The notes beneath the pieces are model-generated. The model had not been told where the DNA came from, ran no database searches, and worked only from the letters and a program-made list of their open reading frames with translations. The position numbers were made by a program, and so were the translations under genes. From the sequence record NC_048203.1: 64,000 bases of DNA, one strand, 5' to 3'. This document shows, in pieces, positions 16,949 to 26,371 of this stretch. Source of the stretch: Escherichia phage vB_Eco_mar003J3. Position 1 is the first letter of the stretch. Each line of letters begins with the position of its first letter.

Positions 16949-18093
16949 TAAAACATATCACTAAATTCATTACCCAAATCTTTTAGAGTATCCATAGATG
17001 TTTCTGTGACTTGACCTACGCGGTAGGCTGCACCAATCTGAATCTCTTGCGGAGCAGGTTGTAGAGAAGTAGTATCCAACCAGTTCATGATCCACGGAAT
17101 AGGGTTCTTAGTAATTACAGGTAAGTGGCTTGGCCATTCTACACCAATGTGCATAAATGCGTTACGTCCTACAAAGTAAAGGTATTCTTCAAGCAGTTCT
17201 GCGTTCAAACCAATCAGACTACGGCCTTTAAAGATAAAGTGACCCCATTCAATCTCAGTTTTCAGAGTTTTTAGGAGTTGTGTTGGTGCTTTAGCTAATG
17301 CTTCATCTACCAGATCTTTATCAAACTGCTGGAACATAATCTGGATGATAGCTTTAGACATTTGAGTATGTAGAGCTTCATCTTTAGCTATTAATTGCAG
17401 GTTCTTAGCAATACCTTGCAGAATATCGTTCTCTGCTAGAGCAAAGGTACATGCAAAAGATGCGTAGAACTGCATTGCTTCCAGACCGTAGATTGCAAAG
17501 TAAGCATCTAACAGCTTAGCCTGAGTTTCACGTTTAACTTCAGGGAACTCAGTTTCTGGATAAGTATTATCACCACGATGATCACGTACTGCAAGGAAAT
17601 ACTGACCTAACAGATACAATTCATCAAACAGTTCAACAGAATCTGCGATACGTGCAAATGCTTCTTGGTTTTTAGTTACAGAATCAATAAATTCTGCTGG
17701 ATCAGTCAGAACGTTACGAATAATGTTACTATATGCACGGCTGTGTAGATCTTCGAAGTAGCTCCACTGTTTGAGCATGCCTTCCAGTTCAGGACGGCTT
17801 ACTAGTGGCATAATAGCTGCTTCAGGAGCACGACTAATGAAAGAATCTGTTTGAACCTGCCAAGCTAAGTTCAGCAGTGTGATTTCTTGTATTTCTCTTG
17901 GTAGATTAGGCCATTGCTTTTTGTCACTTTCTAGACTGATTTCAGTTTCAGTCCAAAACTGACTCCTCTGCAAGAGTGCAAGTCGTTCTAGCTCTGGATG
18001 AGCAACGCGAACATAGTCTGCTACTCCCAGAGCATCTCCGAGAAACAGTTCTTCAGAATCAGGATTCCAGTTCAGATTTAGTAAAGTTGTCAT
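16948..18093 (-). CDS. nrdB: ribonucleotide reductase small subunit
   Basis: 381 aa; NrdB-like sequence by recollection; gene context with nrdA. Confidence 0.85.
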   Translation of the reverse strand: MTTLLNLNWNPDSEELFLGDALGVADYVRVAHPELERLALLQRSQFWTETEISLESDKKQWPNLPREIQEITLLNLAWQVQTDSFISRAPEAAIMPLVSRPELEGMLKQWSYFEDLHSRAYSNIIRNVLTDPAEFIDSVTKNQEAFARIADSVELFDELYLLGQYFLAVRDHRGDNTYPETEFPEVKRETQAKLLDAYFAIYGLEAMQFYASFACTFALAENDILQGIAKNLQLIAKDEALHTQMSKAIIQIMFQQFDKDLVDEALAKAPTQLLKTLKTEIEWGHFIFKGRSLIGLNAELLEEYLYFVGRNAFMHIGVEWPSHLPVITKNPIPWIMNWLDTTSLQPAPQEIQIGAAYRVGQVTETSMDTLKDLGNEFSDMF

Positions 18094-18124
18094 TGATTTT
18101 CCTCTTTCTCACTATTTCAGGAAT

Positions 18125-18153
18125 ATTATAGCAAATCTGGTAGCGATTAGCAA
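18125..18153 (-). promoter_or_regulatory. T5-type early promoter (TTGCTA, 17 bp, TATAAT)
   Basis: Minus-strand reading; upstream of nrdB. Confidence 0.55.
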
Positions 18154-18159
18154 GTAAAA

Positions 18160-18642
18160 TTATAAACTATCAAGCTCCAATAGTTTAGCATCGCGCCATT
18201 CTATAGCATCCTCTAATTCTTTAAATGTTTTAGTATGTTTTACACCTTTCCTAGCTATTTGGACTTGATAAGATCCACTTGCTTTTTGGTGTATATTTTT
18301 AATACCTAACTTATTGTCCTTATGTGCCCCAACGTTCTTTCCATTACTAAATCTGTCGGAGGCTAATAAATTAATTGCTCTATTATCATGACGTATTCTA
18401 TTATCATGATCTACTTCTTTTGGGATGTACCCATGAGTAATATAGAATGCTAGGATATGTGCATAGTATTTTGTACCTCTTACCTGCATTACTATGTATC
18501 CTGAGCATTTTTCCAAAGAGCCTGCCTCTTTGCCTGCAAACTTAGTATTAAATGATTTATCTTCTCTAGGTTTGTGGGTAAAGATTCCGGTTTCTGGATT
18601 ATAGTCAAATAACTCAGCTATTTCTTTGTATTTTTCTTCCAT
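18160..18642 (-). CDS. HNH homing endonuclease
   Basis: 160 aa; EVDHDNRIRHDNR core; inserted between nrdA and nrdB. Confidence 0.75.
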   Translation of the reverse strand: MEEKYKEIAELFDYNPETGIFTHKPREDKSFNTKFAGKEAGSLEKCSGYIVMQVRGTKYYAHILAFYITHGYIPKEVDHDNRIRHDNRAINLLASDRFSNGKNVGAHKDNKLGIKNIHQKASGSYQVQIARKGVKHTKTFKELEDAIEWRDAKLLELDSL

Positions 18643-18673
18643 AATCTAAAATTACAGCCATTATAGACCTAAT

Positions 18674-18693
18674 AAAGGGGCGAGAGCCCCTTT
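18674..18693 (-). terminator. AAAGGGGC-gaga-GCCCCTTT hairpin
   Basis: Between nrdA stop and HNH start; U-rich on both strands. Confidence 0.45.
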
Positions 18694-18698
18694 ATTTA

Positions 18699-21092
18699 TT
18701 ATAATTGACAACCACCAGATGCGCATCCAGCAGCAGTTTCTTCCCCTGCACCACCACCATTCTCGGTGTTAAAGTTTGCATAGTAGAAAGTTTTCCACCC
18801 ATACTTAACAGCAGTCATAAAGTCACGAACTACTACTGGGCCGGGAATGATTTCATTCTCGAACTTGGTGTAGTCGTAGTACATATTCGTACTGATAGAC
18901 TGACTGAAGAATTTCTGCATGGTTGCTACCCATTTAATCCACTCGATACGATCTACATCATAAGCCAGTTTATAACTCATTAATGTATCCCAATCGGTTG
19001 CACCTGGAGCAATTGCAATTACTTTATTCACTGCACTACCCTTGATAGATACAATCTTACGAGGTGGTTCAATAGAGTTAGTAACACCTAGCAGTACAGA
19101 GGAACTTTCACCCGGCATCTGAGCAGTCAGAACAGAGTTACGCATACCGTATTTCAGGATATCTGCACGCAGAGATTCCCAATCCATTTCTAGACCTACG
19201 GTTACCAGTTCATCAACAGTTTTCTTGTACGTGTCGATTACCAGAGTTCCTTTGGATGGCTTAGTACGATTAAACCAGTCACATGCACCTTGTTCTTTAG
19301 CCAGACGTACAGAGGCTTTATGCAGAAAGTAGGACAGCTTTTCAGCTTCACGGTGAATCCAGTTACGAGCTTCAACACCTTCGTAAGCCAAACCTTCTGC
19401 TGCCATTGCACCTGCTGCGTTCATCAGACCAATACCAACGTTACGACGTTTCTTAGCCGTGTATTCCATTGTTGGGAATGGGTAATCCTGAATCTCGATG
19501 ATTGTATCAACGAATTTCAGAAGGATGTAGCAAGTTTTCTCCCATTCAGCCAGAGATTCCATGCGGCCTAGTACAACACCACCTAAGTTACACAGAGATA
19601 CTTCACCAATATCTTCTGGACGCATATCGTCTAACTGATCTTGGGTTTTATACAGTTCCGTAATGTGATGGAATGGACGGGTTGGCTGAGTAATTTCAAC
19701 ACAAAGGTTGGTCATACGAATCGGGTCAAGGAAGTTACCATGACGGTTAGATTCACCAATGTGATGAGCATACATACGCCCTGTTTCCATACGGATACGT
19801 AACCAAGTATCTAGGATTTCTTTTGCAGAGATTCTAGGAGCTGCTGGAATTGTTTTTCCTTCGTGGTCGATCTTTGTAAGAGATGCCACACGTTTCTCCG
19901 CTGCCATGTAGATTTCTTCAAACTTAGCCTCATCTTCGCCATAAAACGCTTCATGAACTTCTGGTGCGTAGAAGTAGGACATTAGCGTAATATCTTCGTT
20001 TTTCAGGTAACGTTTTAACAGAAGGTTATTAAAGCTCAGAGAGTAATCCATCTTATCGATTTTATTCTCATCTGTAGCACGTTGCTGCTTAACCTGCATC
20101 AACTGAATGATTTCAGGATCGAAGTATGGATAAGATACAGTAGCAGAACCACCACGGGTTTGCTGAGTGTTAGCTTTTACTGATCGGTCAATGTGTCGAT
20201 AATATGGCAGTTTTCCGGAATGCGGGAATGCCCCATTTCGCACCGGATCAGCAATTGATCGGCTTTCAAGATGATACCCGATTCCCGCTCTGGCTGCGAC
20301 CATTTTGAAGACGATGTGCTCGGCTGTGTCGATTGAATCCAGCGTGTCAGTGGAATCCACGAGACAGCAACTAGCAAATCCACGGTCACTAGAGCGCAGG
20401 CCAACCAGTGGCGGCGTAGGAACGTTGATTTTGTGGAGCGACATTGCATTGTAGAGGTCGATTGCATCTAGAATTGTCCAGTTAGGTTGAGATAACATCG
20501 CCATTGCCATACCCATGTAGGCAAACTGCGGGGTTTCATAAATTTCACCAGTTGCAATATTACGACGAGAATACTTGTCGAAGAACTGTTTCAGTCCACC
20601 ACTGGTGAATAAACGATCGCGATCATGATCAATAACTTGGTTCAGAGCGTCAAACTGATCATCGCTAATCCATGCACTCATGTCTTCCCAAGCGCCAACA
20701 CGAACCATATGATCGTGGAAGAAACGCAGAGAAGGAGGTTCAAAGGAATCATATAGGCGTTTACGCATCTGCGCAAGACGTAATTCCTTTGCTACAGTAT
20801 CATATGCTGGGTTGTCTTTGATAAGACCTTCAGCGGCTTTAATTAACACATCTTGGAGTGTATCGGAGTCTACAACACCTTTGGGTAGATTTTTCAGGGC
20901 AGCCATAACTACGGCAGACCAACTTACGTCAGTATCTTTACATGCCCATGCAGCCCAATCATTGAGTTTTTCAGGAGCAAAGTCCTGAACAGTACCGTCA
21001 CGTTTAATTACTTTTTCGATACGATGGCTCATTTGGCTTTCCTTTTTGTAGTTATCAGGATTTAAATAGTATTCTACTTTATTCTCAGTCAT
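18699..21092 (-). CDS. nrdA: ribonucleotide reductase large subunit
   Basis: 797 aa; N-terminal ATP cone, C-terminal Cys pair CASGGCQL. Confidence 0.9.
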   Translation of the reverse strand: MTENKVEYYLNPDNYKKESQMSHRIEKVIKRDGTVQDFAPEKLNDWAAWACKDTDVSWSAVVMAALKNLPKGVVDSDTLQDVLIKAAEGLIKDNPAYDTVAKELRLAQMRKRLYDSFEPPSLRFFHDHMVRVGAWEDMSAWISDDQFDALNQVIDHDRDRLFTSGGLKQFFDKYSRRNIATGEIYETPQFAYMGMAMAMLSQPNWTILDAIDLYNAMSLHKINVPTPPLVGLRSSDRGFASCCLVDSTDTLDSIDTAEHIVFKMVAARAGIGYHLESRSIADPVRNGAFPHSGKLPYYRHIDRSVKANTQQTRGGSATVSYPYFDPEIIQLMQVKQQRATDENKIDKMDYSLSFNNLLLKRYLKNEDITLMSYFYAPEVHEAFYGEDEAKFEEIYMAAEKRVASLTKIDHEGKTIPAAPRISAKEILDTWLRIRMETGRMYAHHIGESNRHGNFLDPIRMTNLCVEITQPTRPFHHITELYKTQDQLDDMRPEDIGEVSLCNLGGVVLGRMESLAEWEKTCYILLKFVDTIIEIQDYPFPTMEYTAKKRRNVGIGLMNAAGAMAAEGLAYEGVEARNWIHREAEKLSYFLHKASVRLAKEQGACDWFNRTKPSKGTLVIDTYKKTVDELVTVGLEMDWESLRADILKYGMRNSVLTAQMPGESSSVLLGVTNSIEPPRKIVSIKGSAVNKVIAIAPGATDWDTLMSYKLAYDVDRIEWIKWVATMQKFFSQSISTNMYYDYTKFENEIIPGPVVVRDFMTAVKYGWKTFYYANFNTENGGGAGEETAAGCASGGCQL

Positions 21093-21112
21093 TCTGCAAA
21101 TACTTTTTTACA

Positions 21113-21601
21113 TTATTCATGTCTGGCGAATTCGCCATGTAAACTTTCTCGCAGCTTAACTGCATACTCATTAGCTTCTTCTGGAGAATTGAAACCACTC
21201 TTAGAGTAACATTTACCAGCAATAGTAATTTTTACCTGCCAGTATGTGCCATTCTTATATACGCCTTTATAGCCAGAAGAATTATCTTTTCTTAGTCTAG
21301 TATTACATGAGTTTTGGGTATGGGTTGCTTCTCTTAAATTTCCTGGTCTATTATTAAGAGTATTACCGTCTTCATGATCTACTATGTTTTCTGGTTGATA
21401 CCCCCTACCCATAATAAAGGAGATAATATGGGCATAGTAATATGTGCCCTTAAAAGATACTTGTACATACCCTGATGAAGTAGCCGATCCTGCTCTCTTA
21501 ACTTTACCTGATTTCAGGCGTCTCATTAAGATTCCAGTAGAGTCATCTATAAAGAATACTTTCTCCAGCTCTTCTTTGGGCGGGTAGATTAATTTTCCCA
21601 T
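21113..21601 (-). CDS. HNH homing endonuclease
   Basis: 162 aa; IVDHEDGNTLNNRPGNLR; SGYKGVYKNGTYWQ AP2-like. Confidence 0.75.
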   Translation of the reverse strand: MGKLIYPPKEELEKVFFIDDSTGILMRRLKSGKVKRAGSATSSGYVQVSFKGTYYYAHIISFIMGRGYQPENIVDHEDGNTLNNRPGNLREATHTQNSCNTRLRKDNSSGYKGVYKNGTYWQVKITIAGKCYSKSGFNSPEEANEYAVKLRESLHGEFARHE

Positions 21602-21663
21602 TATAACTTCCTAATACAAAGGATAAAAGAGCCTGGATATTTTCATACCCAGGCTCATCTGTC

Positions 21664-21906
21664 TTACCATTTAGTTTTATCGACCATATCTCTTAATTTC
21701 TCTCGTATTTCCTTAGCCATTAAAATATCTACGGAAGTATTCAATTCATTATAGTTGAACGGTCGATTTGGATTAGAGGCTACAATTTTCCATGCTAGAG
21801 AAGTCTTAGGACTTTCTTCACCCTCTTTACGGGTGATCATGTTTGCAGCACTCAACGAAGTGCGGTGAATTTTAGTTTTGCGATGTAGATGTACGACATT
21901 TCCCAT
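21664..21906 (-). CDS. hypothetical protein (about 80 aa)
   Basis: Track ORF 21664-21984 trimmed to Met at 21906 to avoid 77-nt overlap with phoH. Confidence 0.3.
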   Translation of the reverse strand: MGNVVHLHRKTKIHRTSLSAANMITRKEGEESPKTSLAWKIVASNPNRPFNYNELNTSVDILMAKEIREKLRDMVDKTKW

Positions 21907-21907
21907 A

Positions 21908-22666
21908 TTACACCAGCCCCATCTCTTTAAAGATGTCATAGAATGCTTTAGATTCTCGGGAACGTACGTTCTCAATAAGTTCAATCATTGAGAATGGAGA
22001 GTAATCATACCTCTTATACACTTCCATTAGAAGTGCTAAGCCTGAGTCACCCTTAATGTCTTTCTGAGCGATATCTCCGCAAATGACTAAGCGACAATCT
22101 TGTCCTACACGAGTTAGGAGACAGATCATTGCTTCGACTGAGATATTCTGAGCTTCATCGACAATCACATAGGAGTTGTTGAAAGTTCGTCCACGAGCAT
22201 GCTCGATAGCCAGGAATTTAACTTTCTGACGTTCTACATACCCTTTATATGCCTGATCACCTATAGCCCATTTCATGCCATCTGCAATCGGTTCCAGCCA
22301 AGGTTCTAGCTTCTCAGCCAGGTCACCCGGTAGCATCCCAAGAGATTTGCCTAGAGGTTCGTTAGGACGCACTAAAATCACTTGCTCAATATTAGAGCGA
22401 GGATTAGTAAGTTCCTGAGCAGCAAGAACGGAAGGGATAAAAGTCTTACCCGTACCTGGTTCACCAATACCAACGGTAATGGTGTTGTTCTTGATCATAT
22501 TGATATATGATTTTTGCTCTTTGTTTTTACCTTCTAGGGACTTAGCAACGGGAATAGCAAAATCAGAGAAGTTTCCCTGAATAATGTTATCTTCATAGTT
22601 GCTGTTACGCTTTCTTGACCCGTTACGGGTTTCTCTTTTCTGACGCAGTTTTCCCATAAATAACAC
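21908..22666 (-). CDS. phoH: PhoH-like ATPase
   Basis: 252 aa; Walker A GEPGTGKT, Walker B VIVDEAQN. Confidence 0.85.
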   Translation of the reverse strand: MLFMGKLRQKRETRNGSRKRNSNYEDNIIQGNFSDFAIPVAKSLEGKNKEQKSYINMIKNNTITVGIGEPGTGKTFIPSVLAAQELTNPRSNIEQVILVRPNEPLGKSLGMLPGDLAEKLEPWLEPIADGMKWAIGDQAYKGYVERQKVKFLAIEHARGRTFNNSYVIVDEAQNISVEAMICLLTRVGQDCRLVICGDIAQKDIKGDSGLALLMEVYKRYDYSPFSMIELIENVRSRESKAFYDIFKEMGLV

Positions 22667-22730
22667 TCCTATAGTGTACTTCGCTAACAGAGGATCAACA
22701 AAAAGATCTTGTTTATCAACTTACAAATAT

Positions 22731-22759
22731 ATTATACCAATATCTACAGTAAAAAGCAA
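22731..22759 (-). promoter_or_regulatory. T5-type early promoter (TTGCTT, 17 bp, TATAAT)
   Basis: Minus-strand reading; divergent from the nrdD promoter. Confidence 0.6.
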
Positions 22760-22959
22760 CTACAATTTTAAATAAGCCTATGACATTGCAGTTAAATAAA
22801 AAATTTGCTTGCTTATAGAGGGAGATGTATGATACTAGATAATCATTTTATATCGCGTACATGGGCGCGGGATTATAGTATAAAATAGGGTAAGGTGTCA
22901 ACAACAATTTTCCAAAAATTGAGCCAGATCAAGTTACTTAGCTCTTTAGAAAATTTATA

Positions 22960-22988
22960 TTGACATACGCCTTCAAATGAGCTATAAT
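22960..22988 (+). promoter_or_regulatory. consensus sigma70 promoter (TTGACA, 17 bp, TATAAT) for nrdD
   Basis: Perfect hexamers; SD GAAGGAG precedes ATG at 23018. Confidence 0.7.
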
Positions 22989-23017
22989 AGTAGTCTTAGT
23001 TAGAGAAGGAGAATATA

Positions 23018-24892
23018 ATGAATCACAATGATCAGATGAAGATTAAAATAATGCAGTCTTTAATTACAAACTGCAAGGAAATTATCGAAGGTTCAGCAGA
23101 TGAAGAGCTGCTGTTTAATAACGCCAATAAACCTTCAGAACGCTTCCCTACTCAAAGGGATATGCTAGCAGGTGAGTTGAGTAAGTATCTGATTCTAGAA
23201 GAAATGCCGATTCAGATTCGAAATGCTCATATGATTGGTGATATTCACTTCCACGATGCTGACTATGCAGCTTTAGGTATGACTAACTGTTGCCTCGTTG
23301 CTTTGGAAGATATGTTGAAGAATGGTATGAAGGTTGGTAATGCTGAAATCAGTACGCCAAATTCTATCACTACTGCGGCTGCTATTACAGCTCAGATTAT
23401 TACTCAGGTTAGCTCCCATCAATATGGTGGTACTTCTGTAGACCGATTAGATGAAGTACTGGCTCCTTATGTTCGTAAGTCTTATGATAAGAATCATGCG
23501 TTTGCAAAACGTTGGACTAAGGATGAAGCCAAAGCATCTGTAATGGCTACGGAAATGACTGAGAAAGAAGTTTACGATGCCTGTCAAGGTCTAGAGTATG
23601 AAATCAATACGATGTTCAACTCTAATGGTCAGAGTCCATTTATTACCTTTGGTTTTGGTCTAGGAACTTCCTGGGAAGCACGTCTTGTACAGAAAGCAAT
23701 CTTAGAAGTGCGTATGGATGGTTTGGGTATCAATAAACGTACAGCTATCTTCCCTAAACTGGTATTTGTTCTGCGTGACGGCGTAAACATGAAACCTGGT
23801 GATGTTAACTATGATATCAAGAAGTTAGCCATGAAATGTACTGCCGAACGTATGTACCCCGACTATATCAGTTATGATAAGGTTGTAGAAGTTACTGGTG
23901 ACTATAAAGTCTCTATGGGTTGTCGTTCATTCCTGGCTGCTGCGGAAGATGGTGAAACTTCTGGTCGTAACAACTTAGGCGTTGTTTCCGTAAACCTTCC
24001 TCGAATCGCTATCGAAGCAGAAGGAAATATTGATCTATTCTTCGATCTGCTTGAGCTGCGTGTTGATACTGCACTTAAAGCATTGGAGTGGAGGGTTGAT
24101 CGCCTGAAATACATTCAAGCTAAAGCTGCGCCCATCCTCTATATGTCAGGAGCCTTTGGATTACGTCTGGGGCCAGATGAGTATGTGTTTGATCATTTCT
24201 ACAGGCGTGCTTCTGTATCTCTAGGGTACATTGGTTGCCATGAAATGTTGCAGTTCATGTTTGGTAAAGACGTAGATACAATGTCTGACACCTGTATCAA
24301 GTTTGTACAACGTGTTTTACAGTATATGCGTGATCGTGCAGATCAGAAGAAGGAAGAAACTCAGCTAGGATACAGTTTGTATGCAACACCTTCTGAATCC
24401 CTATGTGATCGCTTCTGTCGTCTAGACCGTGAATATTTCCCAGAGCATGAAGATATTCTTGGTAAAGGGTACTATACTAACTCACATCACCTTGATGTGG
24501 AACGTAAGGTTGCTCCAAACGTGAAGTTTGATTATGAGTCTAACTTTACCCCAATTGCTTCTGGTGGGTGCATTTCCTATGTGGAATTACCTGATATGAA
24601 GAAATTCCCTGATGCACTGGAATGGGTTATTAACTATGCTGCAAGTAAGGTTCATTACTTCGGTATTAATACCCCCGTAGATTCCTGTGGTGAGTGTGGA
24701 TTCTTGGGTGAGACTATCGCTTCTGAGGACGGATTCAAGTGTCCTATCTGTGGAAACCATGATCCTGAAACTTTAGAGGTAACTCGTCGAGTTTGTGGTT
24801 ATCTTGGGAACCCAGGAGCACGTCCTTTTAACCCAGGTAAACAACATGAGGTTATGGGTCGAGTGAAACATAGAGACGTTCGCGCTAAATAA
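23018..24892 (+). CDS. nrdD: anaerobic ribonucleoside-triphosphate reductase
   Basis: 624 aa; C-terminal Cys cluster and glycyl-radical motif RVCGYLG. Confidence 0.9.
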   Translation: MNHNDQMKIKIMQSLITNCKEIIEGSADEELLFNNANKPSERFPTQRDMLAGELSKYLILEEMPIQIRNAHMIGDIHFHDADYAALGMTNCCLVALEDMLKNGMKVGNAEISTPNSITTAAAITAQIITQVSSHQYGGTSVDRLDEVLAPYVRKSYDKNHAFAKRWTKDEAKASVMATEMTEKEVYDACQGLEYEINTMFNSNGQSPFITFGFGLGTSWEARLVQKAILEVRMDGLGINKRTAIFPKLVFVLRDGVNMKPGDVNYDIKKLAMKCTAERMYPDYISYDKVVEVTGDYKVSMGCRSFLAAAEDGETSGRNNLGVVSVNLPRIAIEAEGNIDLFFDLLELRVDTALKALEWRVDRLKYIQAKAAPILYMSGAFGLRLGPDEYVFDHFYRRASVSLGYIGCHEMLQFMFGKDVDTMSDTCIKFVQRVLQYMRDRADQKKEETQLGYSLYATPSESLCDRFCRLDREYFPEHEDILGKGYYTNSHHLDVERKVAPNVKFDYESNFTPIASGGCISYVELPDMKKFPDALEWVINYAASKVHYFGINTPVDSCGECGFLGETIASEDGFKCPICGNHDPETLEVTRRVCGYLGNPGARPFNPGKQHEVMGRVKHRDVRAK

Positions 24893-24899
24893 GTGAATC

Positions 24900-24932
24900 A
24901 GCCAGGTTGCTAGTCGACCTGGCTTTTATTTT
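24900..24932 (+). terminator. rho-independent terminator after nrdD
   Basis: AGCCAGGT...ACCTGGCT stem followed by TTTTATTTT. Confidence 0.6.
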
Positions 24933-24934
24933 AC

Positions 24935-24963
24935 TTGCTTTCTAGCTAAAACTTAGGTATAAT
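24935..24963 (+). promoter_or_regulatory. T5-type promoter (TTGCTT, 17 bp, TATAAT)
   Basis: Plus-strand reading. Confidence 0.6.
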
Positions 24964-24980
24964 TGTACAAGGAGGGCTAA

Positions 24981-25667
24981 ATGGTACGAAGGAAGTTAGA
25001 TAAAGACACTATCAATAAAGATTTAGAGCCGAGAAGAATTAAGCTAATAAGTGAGTATTCTGGAATCCTTAATAAAGGCACATTCATATGTAGTGTAGGT
25101 CATACATGGGAAGCTACTGTTAATAATGTAAGGAATAGCAAATCTGGCTGTCCAATATGCGCAGGTACTTTTAAACTTACTAAAGATTCGGTAAATGAAG
25201 GGTTACGTAGTAGGGGTATTACTCTTATTGGAGAGTATAAAAATAATGCTACTAAAACTCTTTTTGAATGTGAGCATGGGCATAGGTGGGAAGCCACAGT
25301 AGGCAATGTAAAGAATAAAAATTCTGGGTGTCCTGTGTGCGATACTGATTGGAATACCCCTGGTTTTATATACATTATGCGTAGTAGTATGGGAACTAAA
25401 ATAGGAATTAGTATCTCTCCTGAAAGACGGTGGAAAGAGATAGTTAAAAGCTCCAATATACTAGATTTATATATTTTTGGTGTCTATTCAATAGATTCTG
25501 GTACCAAATCTAAAAGTAGGTCTATCGAGAAACAGACTCATGAATATTTTTCAGAATATAGATTAAAGTATACAGGATTTGCTGGATGTACTGAATTCTT
25601 TGATATATCTCCCATAGCCGTAGAAAAGCACTTAATTAATAATGGGTGTATAAAGGTAGAAAAATAA
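24981..25667 (+). CDS. putative homing endonuclease: duplicated zinc-ribbon module plus GIY-YIG-like core
   Basis: 228 aa; two repeats of W-EATV-NV-N-SGCP-C; then GFIYIMRSSMGTKIGIS...RRWKE. Confidence 0.4.
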   Translation: MVRRKLDKDTINKDLEPRRIKLISEYSGILNKGTFICSVGHTWEATVNNVRNSKSGCPICAGTFKLTKDSVNEGLRSRGITLIGEYKNNATKTLFECEHGHRWEATVGNVKNKNSGCPVCDTDWNTPGFIYIMRSSMGTKIGISISPERRWKEIVKSSNILDLYIFGVYSIDSGTKSKSRSIEKQTHEYFSEYRLKYTGFAGCTEFFDISPIAVEKHLINNGCIKVEK

Positions 25668-25676
25668 ATAAAGTAC

Positions 25677-25705
25677 TTGCTTATATTACTTTTATTTGAT
25701 ATTAT
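25677..25705 (+). promoter_or_regulatory. T5-type promoter (TTGCTT, 17 bp, TATTAT)
   Basis: Plus-strand reading. Confidence 0.5.
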
Positions 25706-25732
25706 ATTATTATAAATTAGAGAGGAGGGTGT

Positions 25733-26092
25733 ATGAAATTAAAACCATTTATTGTTGTATCTAAACTAGGGCATTATCACGTAGGAGTAGATACAATTCA
25801 GGAAGCTATTTTTGCTGCTACAGGTGATTACTCATTACTAGAAGGTATTGGGTATCCTACATTACTAGGTGACTTCGTAGAGCAAGAACTAGATATTACT
25901 GTCTATAATCCTATATATGAAGAACCTGAAGACTTAAAAGAGACTCTAGAATTTGTATACTGGAACCACTTACAAGTATTTAATGTTACCTCTAATGGCA
26001 CAGAGGATTTCTCTTCTGCTATTAAGTATTATATTAAACAAGTTTACTATGATTATTTCTATGAGGATATTGGAGCGGAGCTAAAAGTATGA
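25733..26092 (+). CDS. hypothetical protein (119 aa)
   Basis: SD GAGAGGAGGG upstream. Confidence 0.5.
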   Translation: MKLKPFIVVSKLGHYHVGVDTIQEAIFAATGDYSLLEGIGYPTLLGDFVEQELDITVYNPIYEEPEDLKETLEFVYWNHLQVFNVTSNGTEDFSSAIKYYIKQVYYDYFYEDIGAELKV

Positions 26093-26319
26093 AAAACGTA
26101 AAACATCTTAAGTATCGCTTAATTTACAACGGACGTATGGAAACAGAAGATCTAGCTCAGCTAGCGATCAATTCAGATGAAGTTACAGTTCGTGCTTTGT
26201 CCATCGAGAAGCTGCGTGCTTCTTACGAAAATCATATTATGGAATTAGAGGAGAGACTTTATGGATTTCTTGAATCAGAAGCTAAAAGTAACCCAGGGGA
26301 CAGGCCTTCTAAGCAATAG
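26089..26319 (+). CDS. hypothetical protein (76 aa)
   Basis: ORF, start overlaps previous stop. Confidence 0.45.
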   Translation: MKNVKHLKYRLIYNGRMETEDLAQLAINSDEVTVRALSIEKLRASYENHIMELEERLYGFLESEAKSNPGDRPSKQ

Positions 26320-26371
26320 AAGGTATGCCTATAGGGAATAATTTTACCCAAAACATTATCGAAGGATTTAA

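Noticed and set aside
1249-22759. Repeated roughly 30-60-bp elements that could be mistaken for CRISPR repeats
   Set aside because: Spacing is irregular (300-4000 bp), each copy sits in an intergenic region directly upstream of a gene, and each reads as a -35/-10 promoter on the minus strand.
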